Notes under the pieces: generated by a model
Told to the model about the DNA's origin: nothing
Databases searched by the model: none
The model's input: only the letters and a program-made list of their open reading frames with translations
Shown here: one piece after another, positions 1 to 9,991 of the stretch
Layout of the letters: each line of letters begins with the position of its first letter
How positions within the stretch are numbered: the stretch's first letter is position 1
Program-made: the position numbers and the translations under genes
IMG/VR virus record: IMGVR_UViG_3300023105_001451
Location: 32,001-96,000 of that record
Source of the DNA: a virus
Taxonomy: Duplodnaviria; Caudoviricetes
Length of the DNA stretch: 64,000 nt
Direction: 5' to 3' (one strand)

Positions 1-431
1 TTAACTTTAAACCATCCTCACAAGTTACACCAGGATTTTTTGCCATACCAGATTTAAGAGGTAGAATGCCTCTAGGCGCAGATAATATGGGAGGCACATC
101 AGCAAATACTGTACAAGCTGCATCTGCAGATGTTATAGGTGCTACTGATGGCGCAGAAGAAAAATTAATTAGCATTAACCAAATTCCGGATCACGTACAT
201 GATTTACAAGATGCAGACAACAACCAATATTATGTGTATCAAGATAGACAAGATCCTACAACTGATACCAATGTTGAGCAAGTTCAAGGTCCGGACGCAG
301 CAGATACAGCACAAAGACTTAGAAACAGCGGTAACATTCAGGGCAGAAACGACAGCTTTGTACAAGATGGGTTTAGCGTAATGCCGCCAACATTAACATT
401 GAATTATATTATATATGGTGGAAGAGAATAA
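1..431 (+). CDS. Phage tail collar domain / short tail fibre protein, 5'-truncated by window edge
   Basis: Frame is open from position 3 (NFKPSSQVTPGFFAIPDLRGRMPLG). The PDLRGR motif and C-terminal MPPTLTLNYII are typical of tail-collar proteins. Confidence 0.8.
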   Translation, partial: NFKPSSQVTPGFFAIPDLRGRMPLGADNMGGTSANTVQAASADVIGATDGAEEKLISINQIPDHVHDLQDADNNQYYVYQDRQDPTTDTNVEQVQGPDAADTAQRLRNSGNIQGRNDSFVQDGFSVMPPTLTLNYIIYGGRE

Positions 432-2401
432 TGAGCTACAAAATTAATAAATCTAACGGCGAACTAATAGTAGACTTAGTAGACGGTCAAATAGACGAAA
501 CATCCACCGATATTACACTAATTGGTAGAAACTATAAAGGTTTTGGTGAAAAAATTAACGAAAATTTTGTTAAATTAATGGAAAATTTTGCTAAAACTAG
601 TGCTCCAGGTTCGCCTCTCGTAGGACAATTATGGTACGACACAGCAGAAGAAAGACTAAAAGTTTACACAGGCGAAACATTTAAAACAGCATCCGGCGCA
701 TTAGTAAGCCAAACACAACCTAATCTTGTTACAGGTGACATTTGGATTGATAGTTTTAATAATAAAATGTATTTTTATGATGGAGCAGATATTGTTCTAG
801 TCGGTCCGCAATATTCAGCAGGACAAGGAAAAACTACAATTGAAGCGTTTACTGTTATTGATAACACCGGTAAAGATCAAACAGTTTTGTTTATGTATAT
901 TTCAGGTTTACTAACCGGCATATATTCAAGAACACAATTTAGACCACGTGAAAACATCACAGGATATCCAATAGATCAAACTGATACTAATAATCCTAAG
1001 CGTCAATTAATAAAACAGGGATTTAATCCGGTAGATACCTCGTTTTCATGGCAAGGCACTGCATTAAGTACACAATCACTTATTAACGATGCAGGCGAAG
1101 CATTTACAGATGCTAACTTTATGAAAACTGATAGAGATACTAGTACACTAGGTAGTCTTGCAGTTAAAAACGAAAATGGTATAACTGTTGGTGTTAGCGA
1201 TACAGTATATGCTGCACTAAGGGTTGATAGACAAAACGCTGATGTTACAGCACTTGAAGCTCAACAAACAAACAAAAATTTTGTTATAAGAACAAAACGA
1301 TCAAACTCAGTAGACGATGTGTTTTATGTTAACACTCCAATAAAACGTGTAGGTATCTATACTAATTCTCCGTCAGTTGGATTTGATGTTAATACAGACG
1401 CAAAAGTACAAGGTGACTTAACAGTTAACGGTGACTTAACAGTACAGGGCGACAGTACTTTTATTCAAACACAAACTTTACAAGTTGAAGATAAAAATAT
1501 TGAACTTTCAACAGCTACAAACGGTGATCCTGCAGGTGATGATTTAGTAGCCGACGGTGGCGGCATAACTCTAAGATCAACCGACGGCGATAAAACTATA
1601 TTATACAGTCAAACTATTGATAGTTGGACGTTTAGTCATGACTTAAACTTAGATGGCACCTCAGCAGTTTACAAAATAGATGGTGTTAACAAACTTAGTG
1701 AAAATAGAATTGATGATACAGTATTGTATGCAGAAGGACTAGTAAGAATTGGAACGCTACAATACTTAAATGTTGATAATTTTAATTTAAACGGATCAAC
1801 ATTAACAACTACTAACCCATTGTTTATTACTTCTAATGGTGTTATTACTGTTAACAATAATAGAATTGAAGGTGTATTAACACCTATTAGTAACAGAGTA
1901 TCTTTACGTGACGGCACACCGGAATCAGCTAATTCTTCTGTTGCTACTAAACGTTACGTAGACGAAGAAATTAAAGCTGAACCGTTAGTTGTATCTTTAG
2001 ATGTAACAGGATACGCTAATCCGGAAGTTAGTTTTGCACTTGGCGGTCCATATAATAACGTAAAAAGTGTAATAGAACAACTTTATAGTGCAGCTTTAAA
2101 AGAAGAAGGTGCATTAGCAAAAGTTTACTGTACTAGTTACTCACAAACATCGGTTACAGGTATTGACGTTGATCAATTAGTTGACGATCCTGATAATCCA
2201 GGCGGCCCTCAGATTTCAGCTGTTAGAAAAAGTTTTATAGCTGTTGATAAAGACGATGTTTCTAGTACAGAATCAGTACTGCAAGACGTAGAGTTCTTGC
2301 CAGTTTCAGCAAGCGCAGGATTTGTTCCTGACAGGGCAATTATGGAATTTGAAGTAGTCGGTAACACATGGAGTTGGAATGGAACCACAGTACTTTCATA
2401 A
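431..2401 (+). CDS. Tail fibre/baseplate-associated structural protein
   Basis: 656 aa, Gly/Thr/Asp-rich beta-repeat content (GDLTV repeats). N-terminal NENFVKLMENFA..GQLWYD module is shared with the next gene. Confidence 0.7.
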   Translation: MSYKINKSNGELIVDLVDGQIDETSTDITLIGRNYKGFGEKINENFVKLMENFAKTSAPGSPLVGQLWYDTAEERLKVYTGETFKTASGALVSQTQPNLVTGDIWIDSFNNKMYFYDGADIVLVGPQYSAGQGKTTIEAFTVIDNTGKDQTVLFMYISGLLTGIYSRTQFRPRENITGYPIDQTDTNNPKRQLIKQGFNPVDTSFSWQGTALSTQSLINDAGEAFTDANFMKTDRDTSTLGSLAVKNENGITVGVSDTVYAALRVDRQNADVTALEAQQTNKNFVIRTKRSNSVDDVFYVNTPIKRVGIYTNSPSVGFDVNTDAKVQGDLTVNGDLTVQGDSTFIQTQTLQVEDKNIELSTATNGDPAGDDLVADGGGITLRSTDGDKTILYSQTIDSWTFSHDLNLDGTSAVYKIDGVNKLSENRIDDTVLYAEGLVRIGTLQYLNVDNFNLNGSTLTTTNPLFITSNGVITVNNNRIEGVLTPISNRVSLRDGTPESANSSVATKRYVDEEIKAEPLVVSLDVTGYANPEVSFALGGPYNNVKSVIEQLYSAALKEEGALAKVYCTSYSQTSVTGIDVDQLVDDPDNPGGPQISAVRKSFIAVDKDDVSSTESVLQDVEFLPVSASAGFVPDRAIMEFEVVGNTWSWNGTTVLS

Positions 2402-2405
2402 CACA

Positions 2406-2413
2406 GATAAATA
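2406..2413 (+). promoter_or_regulatory. T4-like late promoter box (GATAAATA)
   Basis: 7/8 match to TATAAATA in the intergenic gap before the 2439 fibre gene, followed by an AGGGG RBS. Confidence 0.55.
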
Positions 2414-2438
2414 CAATAACGCATTAGGGGTTTAACGA

Positions 2439-3974
2439 ATGGCATATACAATAGATACATACAGCAATAGTAAAAGCTGGAAAATTGAAGATGGTACTAT
2501 TGACCAAACAACCGACTTAAAACTAGTTGGTAAAAACTATGCTGGCTATGGTGAGATACAAAACGAAAATTTTGTATTTTTACTAGAAAACTTTGCAGGG
2601 CAAGTAGAACCGCCACGCAAGTTAGCTGGTCAAATTTGGTTTGATAGCGGAAACAGTAAATTAAAATTCTTTGATGGCTTAAAATGGCGTACTACAGGCG
2701 GCGCCGAAGTAAGCGATACTGTTCCAACAGGCTTAAAAGAAGGTGATTTTTGGTGGGATACATCAAACGAACAGCTTTATACATATAATGGCGGTGATTT
2801 TGTACTTATCGGACCCCAAAGTGCAGGATCAGGACAAACACAGATTGTAAGCCGTTCAGTTCGCGACACCTTAGGAAATAGTAGAAATATTATTACCGCA
2901 GTAGTTAATGACGAAACTGTCTTAGCATTTAGTAATGCAGATTTTACAATTGACACTAATGATGTTGACAGTAATATTTCTGGCTTTGATAGAATAAGAC
3001 CAGGTTTAACACTTAAAAATACAATTAATAGTTCTGGCGGTGTAACTTCAGGATCCTTTAGACTAGTAGGTACTGCAACTAACTCTGAAAAATTGGGTGG
3101 TTTAGCAGCTTCAAACTACGTTCAATCAAATAATCCTGTATTTACTGGGTTAGCAACATATTCTGAAGATGGATTACAAATTGGTGATAGTGGCGACTTT
3201 ACACTAAAAGTTGAAAATGACAACCAAGGCGTCATTGAAAACGGCAACGGTAGTCAAATTATTATACGTGCAAAAGACTTATTTGGTAATGTTTTAAACC
3301 CTGTAAGATTTTTTTACAATGCTGTTATACCAGGACTTGTTGGTAATACTGAAACAGTTGCGGCAACTAGTTTAGGAACTAGTGATTATAGATGGCCAAA
3401 TGTTTTTGCATTAAATTATGAAGGCTTAGGACAAGTTTCTAAAGGAATAATGAAACCAAACGCAGTTTATGACCCAGACCCATTAACTGGCACAATGCAA
3501 AACGGAGATGCAATACTTCCTTCAGAAGAAACTGCTGCTAACACAATTCCTGTTAGAGACGGCCTTGGAGATATCTATGCAAGACGATTCCAAGGTGTGG
3601 CAACAGAAGCATGGTATGCTGACTTAGCAGAAAAATATACAACAGATGCAGACTATCCAGTTGGAACAGTTATGGCAGTAGCTACACAAGGCACAGCCGA
3701 AGCAAGATCAGCTAACAGAGGAAGCATTGCAATAGGTGTTATATCTGAAGAACCTGCATTTTTAATGAACAAGGGTTGTGACGGTCAAGCAGTTGGTTTA
3801 AAAGGGCGTGTTCCTGTCCGCGTAGTTGGTCCTGTTAAAAAAGGCGAAGCAGTTTATGTTGATGATAACGGTTGTGCAAGTACAGCAATCAACGGCGGCT
3901 GTATAGTAGGTATTGCACTTGTATCTAGCGATGTAGAAGAAGAAAAATTAATCGAGTGCGTTTTGAAAGTATAA
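2439..3974 (+). CDS. Tail fibre protein with C-terminal intramolecular chaperone/autocleavage (peptidase G2/S74-like) domain
   Basis: N-terminus is paralogous to the 431 gene. C-terminal YADLAEKY...GVISEEPAFLMN...LKGRVPVRVVG pattern is typical of phage fibre IMC domains. Confidence 0.7.
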   Translation: MAYTIDTYSNSKSWKIEDGTIDQTTDLKLVGKNYAGYGEIQNENFVFLLENFAGQVEPPRKLAGQIWFDSGNSKLKFFDGLKWRTTGGAEVSDTVPTGLKEGDFWWDTSNEQLYTYNGGDFVLIGPQSAGSGQTQIVSRSVRDTLGNSRNIITAVVNDETVLAFSNADFTIDTNDVDSNISGFDRIRPGLTLKNTINSSGGVTSGSFRLVGTATNSEKLGGLAASNYVQSNNPVFTGLATYSEDGLQIGDSGDFTLKVENDNQGVIENGNGSQIIIRAKDLFGNVLNPVRFFYNAVIPGLVGNTETVAATSLGTSDYRWPNVFALNYEGLGQVSKGIMKPNAVYDPDPLTGTMQNGDAILPSEETAANTIPVRDGLGDIYARRFQGVATEAWYADLAEKYTTDADYPVGTVMAVATQGTAEARSANRGSIAIGVISEEPAFLMNKGCDGQAVGLKGRVPVRVVGPVKKGEAVYVDDNGCASTAINGGCIVGIALVSSDVEEEKLIECVLKV

Positions 3975-3977
3975 ATA
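3970..3977 (+). promoter_or_regulatory. T4-like late promoter TATAAATA
   Basis: Exact TATAAATA ahead of a structural gene with an AGGA RBS. Confidence 0.7.
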
Positions 3978-4003
3978 TACTAGCATATAATAGGATAACT
4001 TAA

Positions 4004-4924
4004 ATGGCAGTAAATAAAGAAACCACCATTACCGCAGCAAACTATAACACACTGCAAAATAGAGTTGCTAGATTGCTCGGCGGCGGCAACGGCCAAGAAG
4101 GTTACGGGCAAGATTTAAGCAGTTCTCCAGTAGCAGCAAATAGTATTGTTTATGCAAGTGATATGAATTTATTATTGCAAGACATTAATGCAATTTCTAT
4201 TCACCAATCAGGATCACCAACACCGTTACAACCGGTAACATCAAGTAGTTCAATTTTAGCTAACGAAAGAGAAGTTGGTGACTACGATGGGTTTAATCAG
4301 TACATTTTTGAAGTTACGAGGTTAGAAGCAAATCCAGGACAAGTAGACGGAACACAAGTTACTATTGAAACTCTTGCAACAGATTCAAGATTTGCTCCAT
4401 GGAACGGACAATTATCGCATAGTTTTACATTAACTTTTGACGATAGTGATCATAGACGTGCATATTTTAACGCTGGCGGACAGATTTATATTAGTGCTCA
4501 AATTGAAACTAATTCTAATGCTAAAGGCGACGACTGGAAACAGATGCTTACAAACATGGGTGTAATTCAATTTAAATCTAATACTACATCTAAAACAGGT
4601 ATTGGCGGAACATTATTTCCAGACGGTAACGGGCCTATTGGTAACTTTCAATTAACTGCATCTTTAATAAAGCTGTTTGAAAGAACAGGGCAGCAAGAAG
4701 CGTATGCTGAAAATAGATATCTTGTTTTTGTTAAAGAAACAAGTAATAGAGCAATTCAGTTTACAATTCAATTTCAAGATCAAGATTTAGGGGATCCAAA
4801 TATAGATGAGGAAGTGCAGGGCACACTTGTAAGCAAAGTACAGCTTTTAAGGCCAACAGGAAATTCTGTTTCTGTTGCCGCTCCAAGTTATGCAGCACTT
4901 TCTAGTTTAGAATTAGGAAACTAA
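4004..4924 (+). CDS. Putative virion structural protein (paralog of 4929)
   Basis: 306 aa; shares GQxGYGQ, DHRRxxFNAGG, GNFQLT and PNxDExV motifs with the next ORF; late promoter and tail context. Confidence 0.6.
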   Translation: MAVNKETTITAANYNTLQNRVARLLGGGNGQEGYGQDLSSSPVAANSIVYASDMNLLLQDINAISIHQSGSPTPLQPVTSSSSILANEREVGDYDGFNQYIFEVTRLEANPGQVDGTQVTIETLATDSRFAPWNGQLSHSFTLTFDDSDHRRAYFNAGGQIYISAQIETNSNAKGDDWKQMLTNMGVIQFKSNTTSKTGIGGTLFPDGNGPIGNFQLTASLIKLFERTGQQEAYAENRYLVFVKETSNRAIQFTIQFQDQDLGDPNIDEEVQGTLVSKVQLLRPTGNSVSVAAPSYAALSSLELGN

Positions 4925-4928
4925 ATCT

Positions 4929-5963
4929 ATGGTATCAACAGGTAACTTAGTACAAGCAACAGACTACACAGATGCTCTTGATAGAATCCTTGTCTTACTA
5001 GGCGACGGAACAGGTCAAGACGGATACGGACAAATTGTTCCAAGCTATGAAGCATACAAAGATGTTAGTGTAAATGACGAACTAATTGATCACGATCATT
5101 TAGAAATGTTAAAGACAGACATTAATACTTGCAGACAGCACCAAGCATCTACAGATGCATATACATCTACTTTTAGCACAGGCGATATAATTGGAGCAGA
5201 TGCTAGTGGCCCTAGCGCAAGTAATCTTAATGATAATGCAAAAGGGTTTAATGATTTATTAGCTGCAATTACAGTTGTTGAAAATAATGCAGATTCTATA
5301 GATGATTTTACAATCGGCACAGCAAGATCTTTAGCAGTTAGTACTCGTACAAGTCCTTGGGGCGGCGACGGTGATCCAGACGATAATATTTGGTGTGAGT
5401 TAGATCTTTTGTTTGAAGGAGGTTATGCAACAACCAACGCAGCTGGAAGAACTTCTGCAACAGGCGCAGATCATAGAAGACATTTTTTTAACGCAGGTGG
5501 CGATTTAAGACTTACATTTACAAGTGGAGCGAATACTTCAAAGGACCAAAACTGGGCTTCGATGTTTAATAATGTTACAGTAATATTTGGTAAAAATGCA
5601 ACAACAGCAAATACTGGCGCAGCAGCTGATGGCAGCACAGACGTTAACGGAGACGGTGCTATTAATGCAGCAGTCGGAAATTTTCAGTTAACTACAGGAT
5701 ATAAAGAAATATTTAGAAAGTATGGTTCTGGTGTTTATGACGAAAACTACTATAGAGTAAGAGCCAAGCGTGTAAACAATGACACAATTAGATTTAGAAT
5801 AGATTTTAACGATATTAACGAAGGACAGCCTAACTTCGACGAACGTGTTCTAGTATCAGGCGGGTCTCAGTCTGCAGGTGTACATGCAAAACAGCCCACA
5901 GGCGATTATGTATCAATTCCTTTACCTGCTGGCAGCGAGTTTGCTGCATTCCAAGACAACTAA
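4929..5963 (+). CDS. Putative virion structural protein (paralog of 4004)
   Basis: 344 aa; same shared motifs as 4004. Confidence 0.6.
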   Translation: MVSTGNLVQATDYTDALDRILVLLGDGTGQDGYGQIVPSYEAYKDVSVNDELIDHDHLEMLKTDINTCRQHQASTDAYTSTFSTGDIIGADASGPSASNLNDNAKGFNDLLAAITVVENNADSIDDFTIGTARSLAVSTRTSPWGGDGDPDDNIWCELDLLFEGGYATTNAAGRTSATGADHRRHFFNAGGDLRLTFTSGANTSKDQNWASMFNNVTVIFGKNATTANTGAAADGSTDVNGDGAINAAVGNFQLTTGYKEIFRKYGSGVYDENYYRVRAKRVNNDTIRFRIDFNDINEGQPNFDERVLVSGGSQSAGVHAKQPTGDYVSIPLPAGSEFAAFQDN

Positions 5964-5970
5964 TCAGCTC

Positions 5971-5999
5971 TTGACAAAATCTTAAACTGAGTATATAAT
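5971..5999 (+). promoter_or_regulatory. Perfect sigma70-type promoter TTGACA-N17-TATAAT
   Basis: TTGACA 5971-5976, TATAAT 5994-5999, GGAG RBS before the 6024 ATG. Confidence 0.85.
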
Positions 6000-6023
6000 T
6001 ACTAATATACTTGGAGATCCCGT

Positions 6024-6371
6024 ATGGACGAAAGATTAGAAAAAGCATTAGAATTTTCAAACTACATGACTACGCTAAACAATCAAAAGCGTATTATAAA
6101 AGAACAATTTTCCGAAAATTGTGTTCACTATCTCGACGGAGGCAAGTTTACAGTAAACAGAGAACTAATGACGTTTTGTCAAATGATTGTTAGCAGAGAA
6201 ATGACTAGTGCAGTTCTCATTGATGACAATGATACTCCTATCGAAATTAAGGATATGGTAAAATTCTTAGATGATATTATTGACATTTATTTTACAAAGT
6301 CGTATGAATACTTAGACAAGTATACAGAAATTAAAACAAACAGATCTGTCGAAGGTTTGATTAATATATGA
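6024..6371 (+). CDS. Hypothetical protein, first gene of the glycosyltransferase operon
   Basis: 115 aa; RBS present; ATGA-coupled to the next gene. Confidence 0.7.
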   Translation: MDERLEKALEFSNYMTTLNNQKRIIKEQFSENCVHYLDGGKFTVNRELMTFCQMIVSREMTSAVLIDDNDTPIEIKDMVKFLDDIIDIYFTKSYEYLDKYTEIKTNRSVEGLINI

Positions 6372-7222
6372 CCAGAGGTGTAGTACTATTTGCACAAAAC
6401 AATCATACTATAGATTATGTTAAACAAGCAATTTTTTGTGCTAAAAAAATTAAAAAGCATTTAGGGTTATCAGTAGCAATAGCAACTGATAATGTCTCCT
6501 ATCTTGAAAAAACATATCCGTATTATAAAAAATATTTCGATCATGTACTTTCTTTAGATTGGAAAGAGTGTACACAAAAAAGAATTTATCGAGACGGCAC
6601 AATGAGTGATAGAACACTTGAGTGGAGAAATCACGATAGAAGCACAGTATACGATATATCACCATATGACGAAACTATTGTAATGGATACCGATTTTATA
6701 GTCGGAAACTCTTTACTAAACAATGCTTTTGACACAGATGATGATTTTTTAATTTGTAGAGACATTGAAGATCTTAATCCAGAACGTGTAGAAAGTTTTG
6801 AAAAGATTAGCGACAGAAGTATTGATATGTATTGGGCTACTTTGTTTTATTTTAAGAAAACAGAACGAACAAAAGCGTTCTTTAATTTAGTTGAACATAT
6901 TAAAGAAAACTGGTTATATTATAGATTAGTTTATCAAATAGCAAATAAAACTTATAGAAATGATTTTAGTTTTAGTATTGCTATTCATTTAATGAACGGT
7001 AATCAAAAAACAAATTGGCCTAAAGCAATGCCTGGAAAATTATGGTTTACAACAGACAATGATGTATTAGTTAAAATGGACGATGAAAAATATGTATTTT
7101 TACTTGATAAAAAAGATTGGAAGGGTCATTACACATTATCGTCGATAGATAATACAAATATTCATGTAATGAATAAATTTAGTTTAGATAGAGCAATTAG
7201 CAAGGAGTTAGCAAATGAGTAA
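6368..7222 (+). CDS. GT-A fold glycosyltransferase (GT8-like)
   Basis: SPYDETIVMDTD DxD motif; N-terminal RGVVLFA..DY strand. Confidence 0.65.
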   Translation: MTRGVVLFAQNNHTIDYVKQAIFCAKKIKKHLGLSVAIATDNVSYLEKTYPYYKKYFDHVLSLDWKECTQKRIYRDGTMSDRTLEWRNHDRSTVYDISPYDETIVMDTDFIVGNSLLNNAFDTDDDFLICRDIEDLNPERVESFEKISDRSIDMYWATLFYFKKTERTKAFFNLVEHIKENWLYYRLVYQIANKTYRNDFSFSIAIHLMNGNQKTNWPKAMPGKLWFTTDNDVLVKMDDEKYVFLLDKKDWKGHYTLSSIDNTNIHVMNKFSLDRAISKELANE

Positions 7223-8057
7223 AGGATTTTGTTTGTTAGCTCAGAATAATGATAACACAAATTATGTACGCCAGGCATATGCACTTGCACTTAGTTTACA
7301 TAGATATAACACAGATCAAAAAATCAGTCTTATAACAAACGACAAAGTACCAGAAAGTTGGACACATGCGTTTGATAAAATTATTCCTATTCCGTGGCAA
7401 GATGATGCAAATGAACAAGATTGGAAAATAAACAATAGATGGAAGGTGTATCACGCAAGTCCTTATGAACAAACTATTGTACTTGAAGCAGATATGCTTG
7501 TTCTTAGCAATATAACACATTGGTGGAATGAATTAGAAAAATACGATGTATATTTTACAAGTAATGTAAACACGTATCGTAATGAAGTTGTTACTAGCAG
7601 ATATTATAGAAAAACTTTTGATGCAAACGAATTGCCGAATTTGTACAGTGCATTACATTATTTTAGAAAAGGCGATAAAGCAAAAGAATTTTACACCTTG
7701 TTAGAAATTGTAATGCAAAATTGGGAATTATTTTACAGTAAGTATGCAAAAGAAAGATACCAAAAGTGGTGTAGCGTTGACTTATGTGCAGCTATTGTAA
7801 GTAAAATTTTAGATAACGAAAAAGAAATAACAAATCCTAAAAGTTTTATTACGTTTACGCACATGAAACCACATGCTCAACGTTGGAAAAATGTTCCTGA
7901 AAAATGGACTAGTGTAATAGGAAAATACTATCGAAATGATGGTAACTTAATGTTAGGAAATTTTCTACAGTCTGGTTTATTGCACTATGTAGAGGACGAG
8001 TTTCTGACAGAAAAAATTATAGAGAAATTAGAAAATGGAACGCAAGTATTATCTTAA
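7215..8057 (+). CDS. GT-A fold glycosyltransferase (GT8-like), tandem paralog
   Basis: SPYEQTIVLEAD (ExD variant), KGFCLLAQN, FTHMK, LHY. Confidence 0.65.
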   Translation: MSKGFCLLAQNNDNTNYVRQAYALALSLHRYNTDQKISLITNDKVPESWTHAFDKIIPIPWQDDANEQDWKINNRWKVYHASPYEQTIVLEADMLVLSNITHWWNELEKYDVYFTSNVNTYRNEVVTSRYYRKTFDANELPNLYSALHYFRKGDKAKEFYTLLEIVMQNWELFYSKYAKERYQKWCSVDLCAAIVSKILDNEKEITNPKSFITFTHMKPHAQRWKNVPEKWTSVIGKYYRNDGNLMLGNFLQSGLLHYVEDEFLTEKIIEKLENGTQVLS

Positions 8058-8601
8058 TTTTAAAGAAGACGGCACAGTCTGGAAAGTATCTAATGTACTA
8101 GACGAAAGTTCTTTGTACATTAATATTTCTAAAGAACTTATGTACGATTTTGCAGAGTGTCGAAAGAGTATGGAAGATTTTATTGTCGTACCTAGCGATT
8201 CAGCTGACTCACAGTTTGAATTAAAGTCTAAACACACAAGTTTAGAAGATTTCGATGTTGATAAAAGTATACATCGATTACCGAAACATGATATTAATCA
8301 CAATCTAGTGTTTCACATTAAACAAAACGTATCCGAAGGAACCTGGAAAGCAAGCGTGTCTCCAGGTCTTAAATCGTTAATTAATAGCACAGCATATTAT
8401 AAGGATAAAGTGCATCGTCTTTTTGTTACCGACGAAGATGATCCTAATTTTTTATTAGATACACTAGAAGTAAATTTTTCTTCTGTAATGAATGGCGAAG
8501 CAATTATAGAAAATACAAAAAAAGAAGTTGCTCAAAGGAACGATGTGAGTGTATACTGTGGTAAAGCCTTTGAGAATTATAATCATATAGTGGAAGAATG
8601 A
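8035..8601 (+). CDS. Hypothetical protein
   Basis: 188 aa ORF overlapping both neighbours in an operon. Confidence 0.65.
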   Translation: MERKYYLNFKEDGTVWKVSNVLDESSLYINISKELMYDFAECRKSMEDFIVVPSDSADSQFELKSKHTSLEDFDVDKSIHRLPKHDINHNLVFHIKQNVSEGTWKASVSPGLKSLINSTAYYKDKVHRLFVTDEDDPNFLLDTLEVNFSSVMNGEAIIENTKKEVAQRNDVSVYCGKAFENYNHIVEE

Positions 8602-9497
8602 TGTCAAAAATTAAAGTAATTGATCAAGATATTATATTTTTGTCCTACGACGAACCAAACGCAGAAAAAAACTATGCAGATTTGTGTAGTAAAATTCCTT
8701 GGGCAAAACGTGTACACGGAGTGCATGGTAGTGATGCCGCACACAAAGCATGTGCAGATTTGTCAGAAACAGAATATTTTGTTACTGTTGATGCAGACAA
8801 CATTATTGATCAAGAATTTCTTAATCAAGAAGTTGATATTGAGGAATTAGGTGTTACTCCAGAACATGTGTTTAGTTGGTGTGGCAAGGTACATGTTAAT
8901 GGACTTATGTACGGCAACGGCGGTCTTAAAATGTGGACACGTAAATTTGTCCACAATATGAAAACACACGAAAATAGCGAGGACGGCGATGAACGAGGAA
9001 AAGTTGAATTCTGCTTCGACAACAAATATTACCAATTTAACGAAAACTACAGCGTTTCTTATACTAATGCGACACCTTGGCAGGCTTGGCGGGCGGGCTT
9101 TCGCGAAGGTGTTAAGATGTCTTTGGATCAAGGAGCCAAAGTAGATGATTTGCGTACAGTATGGTGGCAAAACTATGATAGACTGCTTATATGGAGTCAG
9201 ATAGGTGCAGATGTTGAAAACGGTATATGGAGTATACTAGGCGCACGTCAAGGTTGCTACATGACAAACTGTACAGATTGGGACTATGCAAATGTGCGTG
9301 ACTTTGAATGGTTAAACAACTTTTGGGAAAGTGATGTAAAGGATTTACAACCTAACGAAGAAGCAGAACGTTTAGGTTTAGAAATACTTAAAGGCACAGG
9401 AGTAGATATTTCTACTAAACCTCTAGATGCAGAACAAAGTAAGTTTTTTAAACAAGTATATCAAAATAGCGCAAGAATTTTACGGAGAGCTAAATGA
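8598..9497 (+). CDS. Glycosyltransferase-like protein (GT-A, DAD motif)
   Basis: DIIFLSYDE..RVHGVHG..AH..VDADN..YGNGGLK..AWRAGFRE; homologous to the C-terminal domain of 16556. Confidence 0.6.
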   Translation: MMSKIKVIDQDIIFLSYDEPNAEKNYADLCSKIPWAKRVHGVHGSDAAHKACADLSETEYFVTVDADNIIDQEFLNQEVDIEELGVTPEHVFSWCGKVHVNGLMYGNGGLKMWTRKFVHNMKTHENSEDGDERGKVEFCFDNKYYQFNENYSVSYTNATPWQAWRAGFREGVKMSLDQGAKVDDLRTVWWQNYDRLLIWSQIGADVENGIWSILGARQGCYMTNCTDWDYANVRDFEWLNNFWESDVKDLQPNEEAERLGLEILKGTGVDISTKPLDAEQSKFFKQVYQNSARILRRAK

Positions 9498-9991
9498 ATG
9501 AAAACTTAAAAAAATGGAAGGCGTCTATCGATAACTTTTTTGGCTGGGTTAAAAAAACAGAACTAGTTGAATTAGAAGATATTGATGTATCAGAAGATCC
9601 AGTGCGCCCTGAGCTTGATGTAGAATGGCGCACAACCTTTAGCAGAAAAATTTATGGATTAAAGCACGAAGATGATATCGAAGGCATTGTATGTGTTGCA
9701 TATACAAACGATATACCGTCAAGCGTAAAAGAATTAGATTTAATGAGTCAAAATGCACATCTTAAACAAGATGCAGACACAGCAATAGCGTATACTATTT
9801 GGAGCCGTAAACGTGGTGCAGGAAAAGAACTAATATTTAAACTTGCAGAGCATATTAGAACTAAGCCTGAAATAAAATCTTTAGTAACACTATCACCACT
9901 TACACCTATGGCAACCCATTTTCATATACGCAACGGTGCAAAACAAATTGCAATACACAATACAACGCAGAATTTTAAATATCCCTTATGA
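9494..9991 (+). CDS. Small GNAT-fold protein resembling the malonyl-CoA decarboxylase catalytic core
   Basis: VAYTNDIPSSV, AIAYTIWS, RGAGKELI and VTLSP motifs. Confidence 0.5.
   Translation: MNENLKKWKASIDNFFGWVKKTELVELEDIDVSEDPVRPELDVEWRTTFSRKIYGLKHEDDIEGIVCVAYTNDIPSSVKELDLMSQNAHLKQDADTAIAYTIWSRKRGAGKELIFKLAEHIRTKPEIKSLVTLSPLTPMATHFHIRNGAKQIAIHNTTQNFKYPL

Noticed and set aside
1405-1450. Short direct repeat GGTGACTTAACAGT (two copies)
   Set aside because: It encodes the GDLTV beta-repeat of the fibre protein; an ordinary coding repeat.
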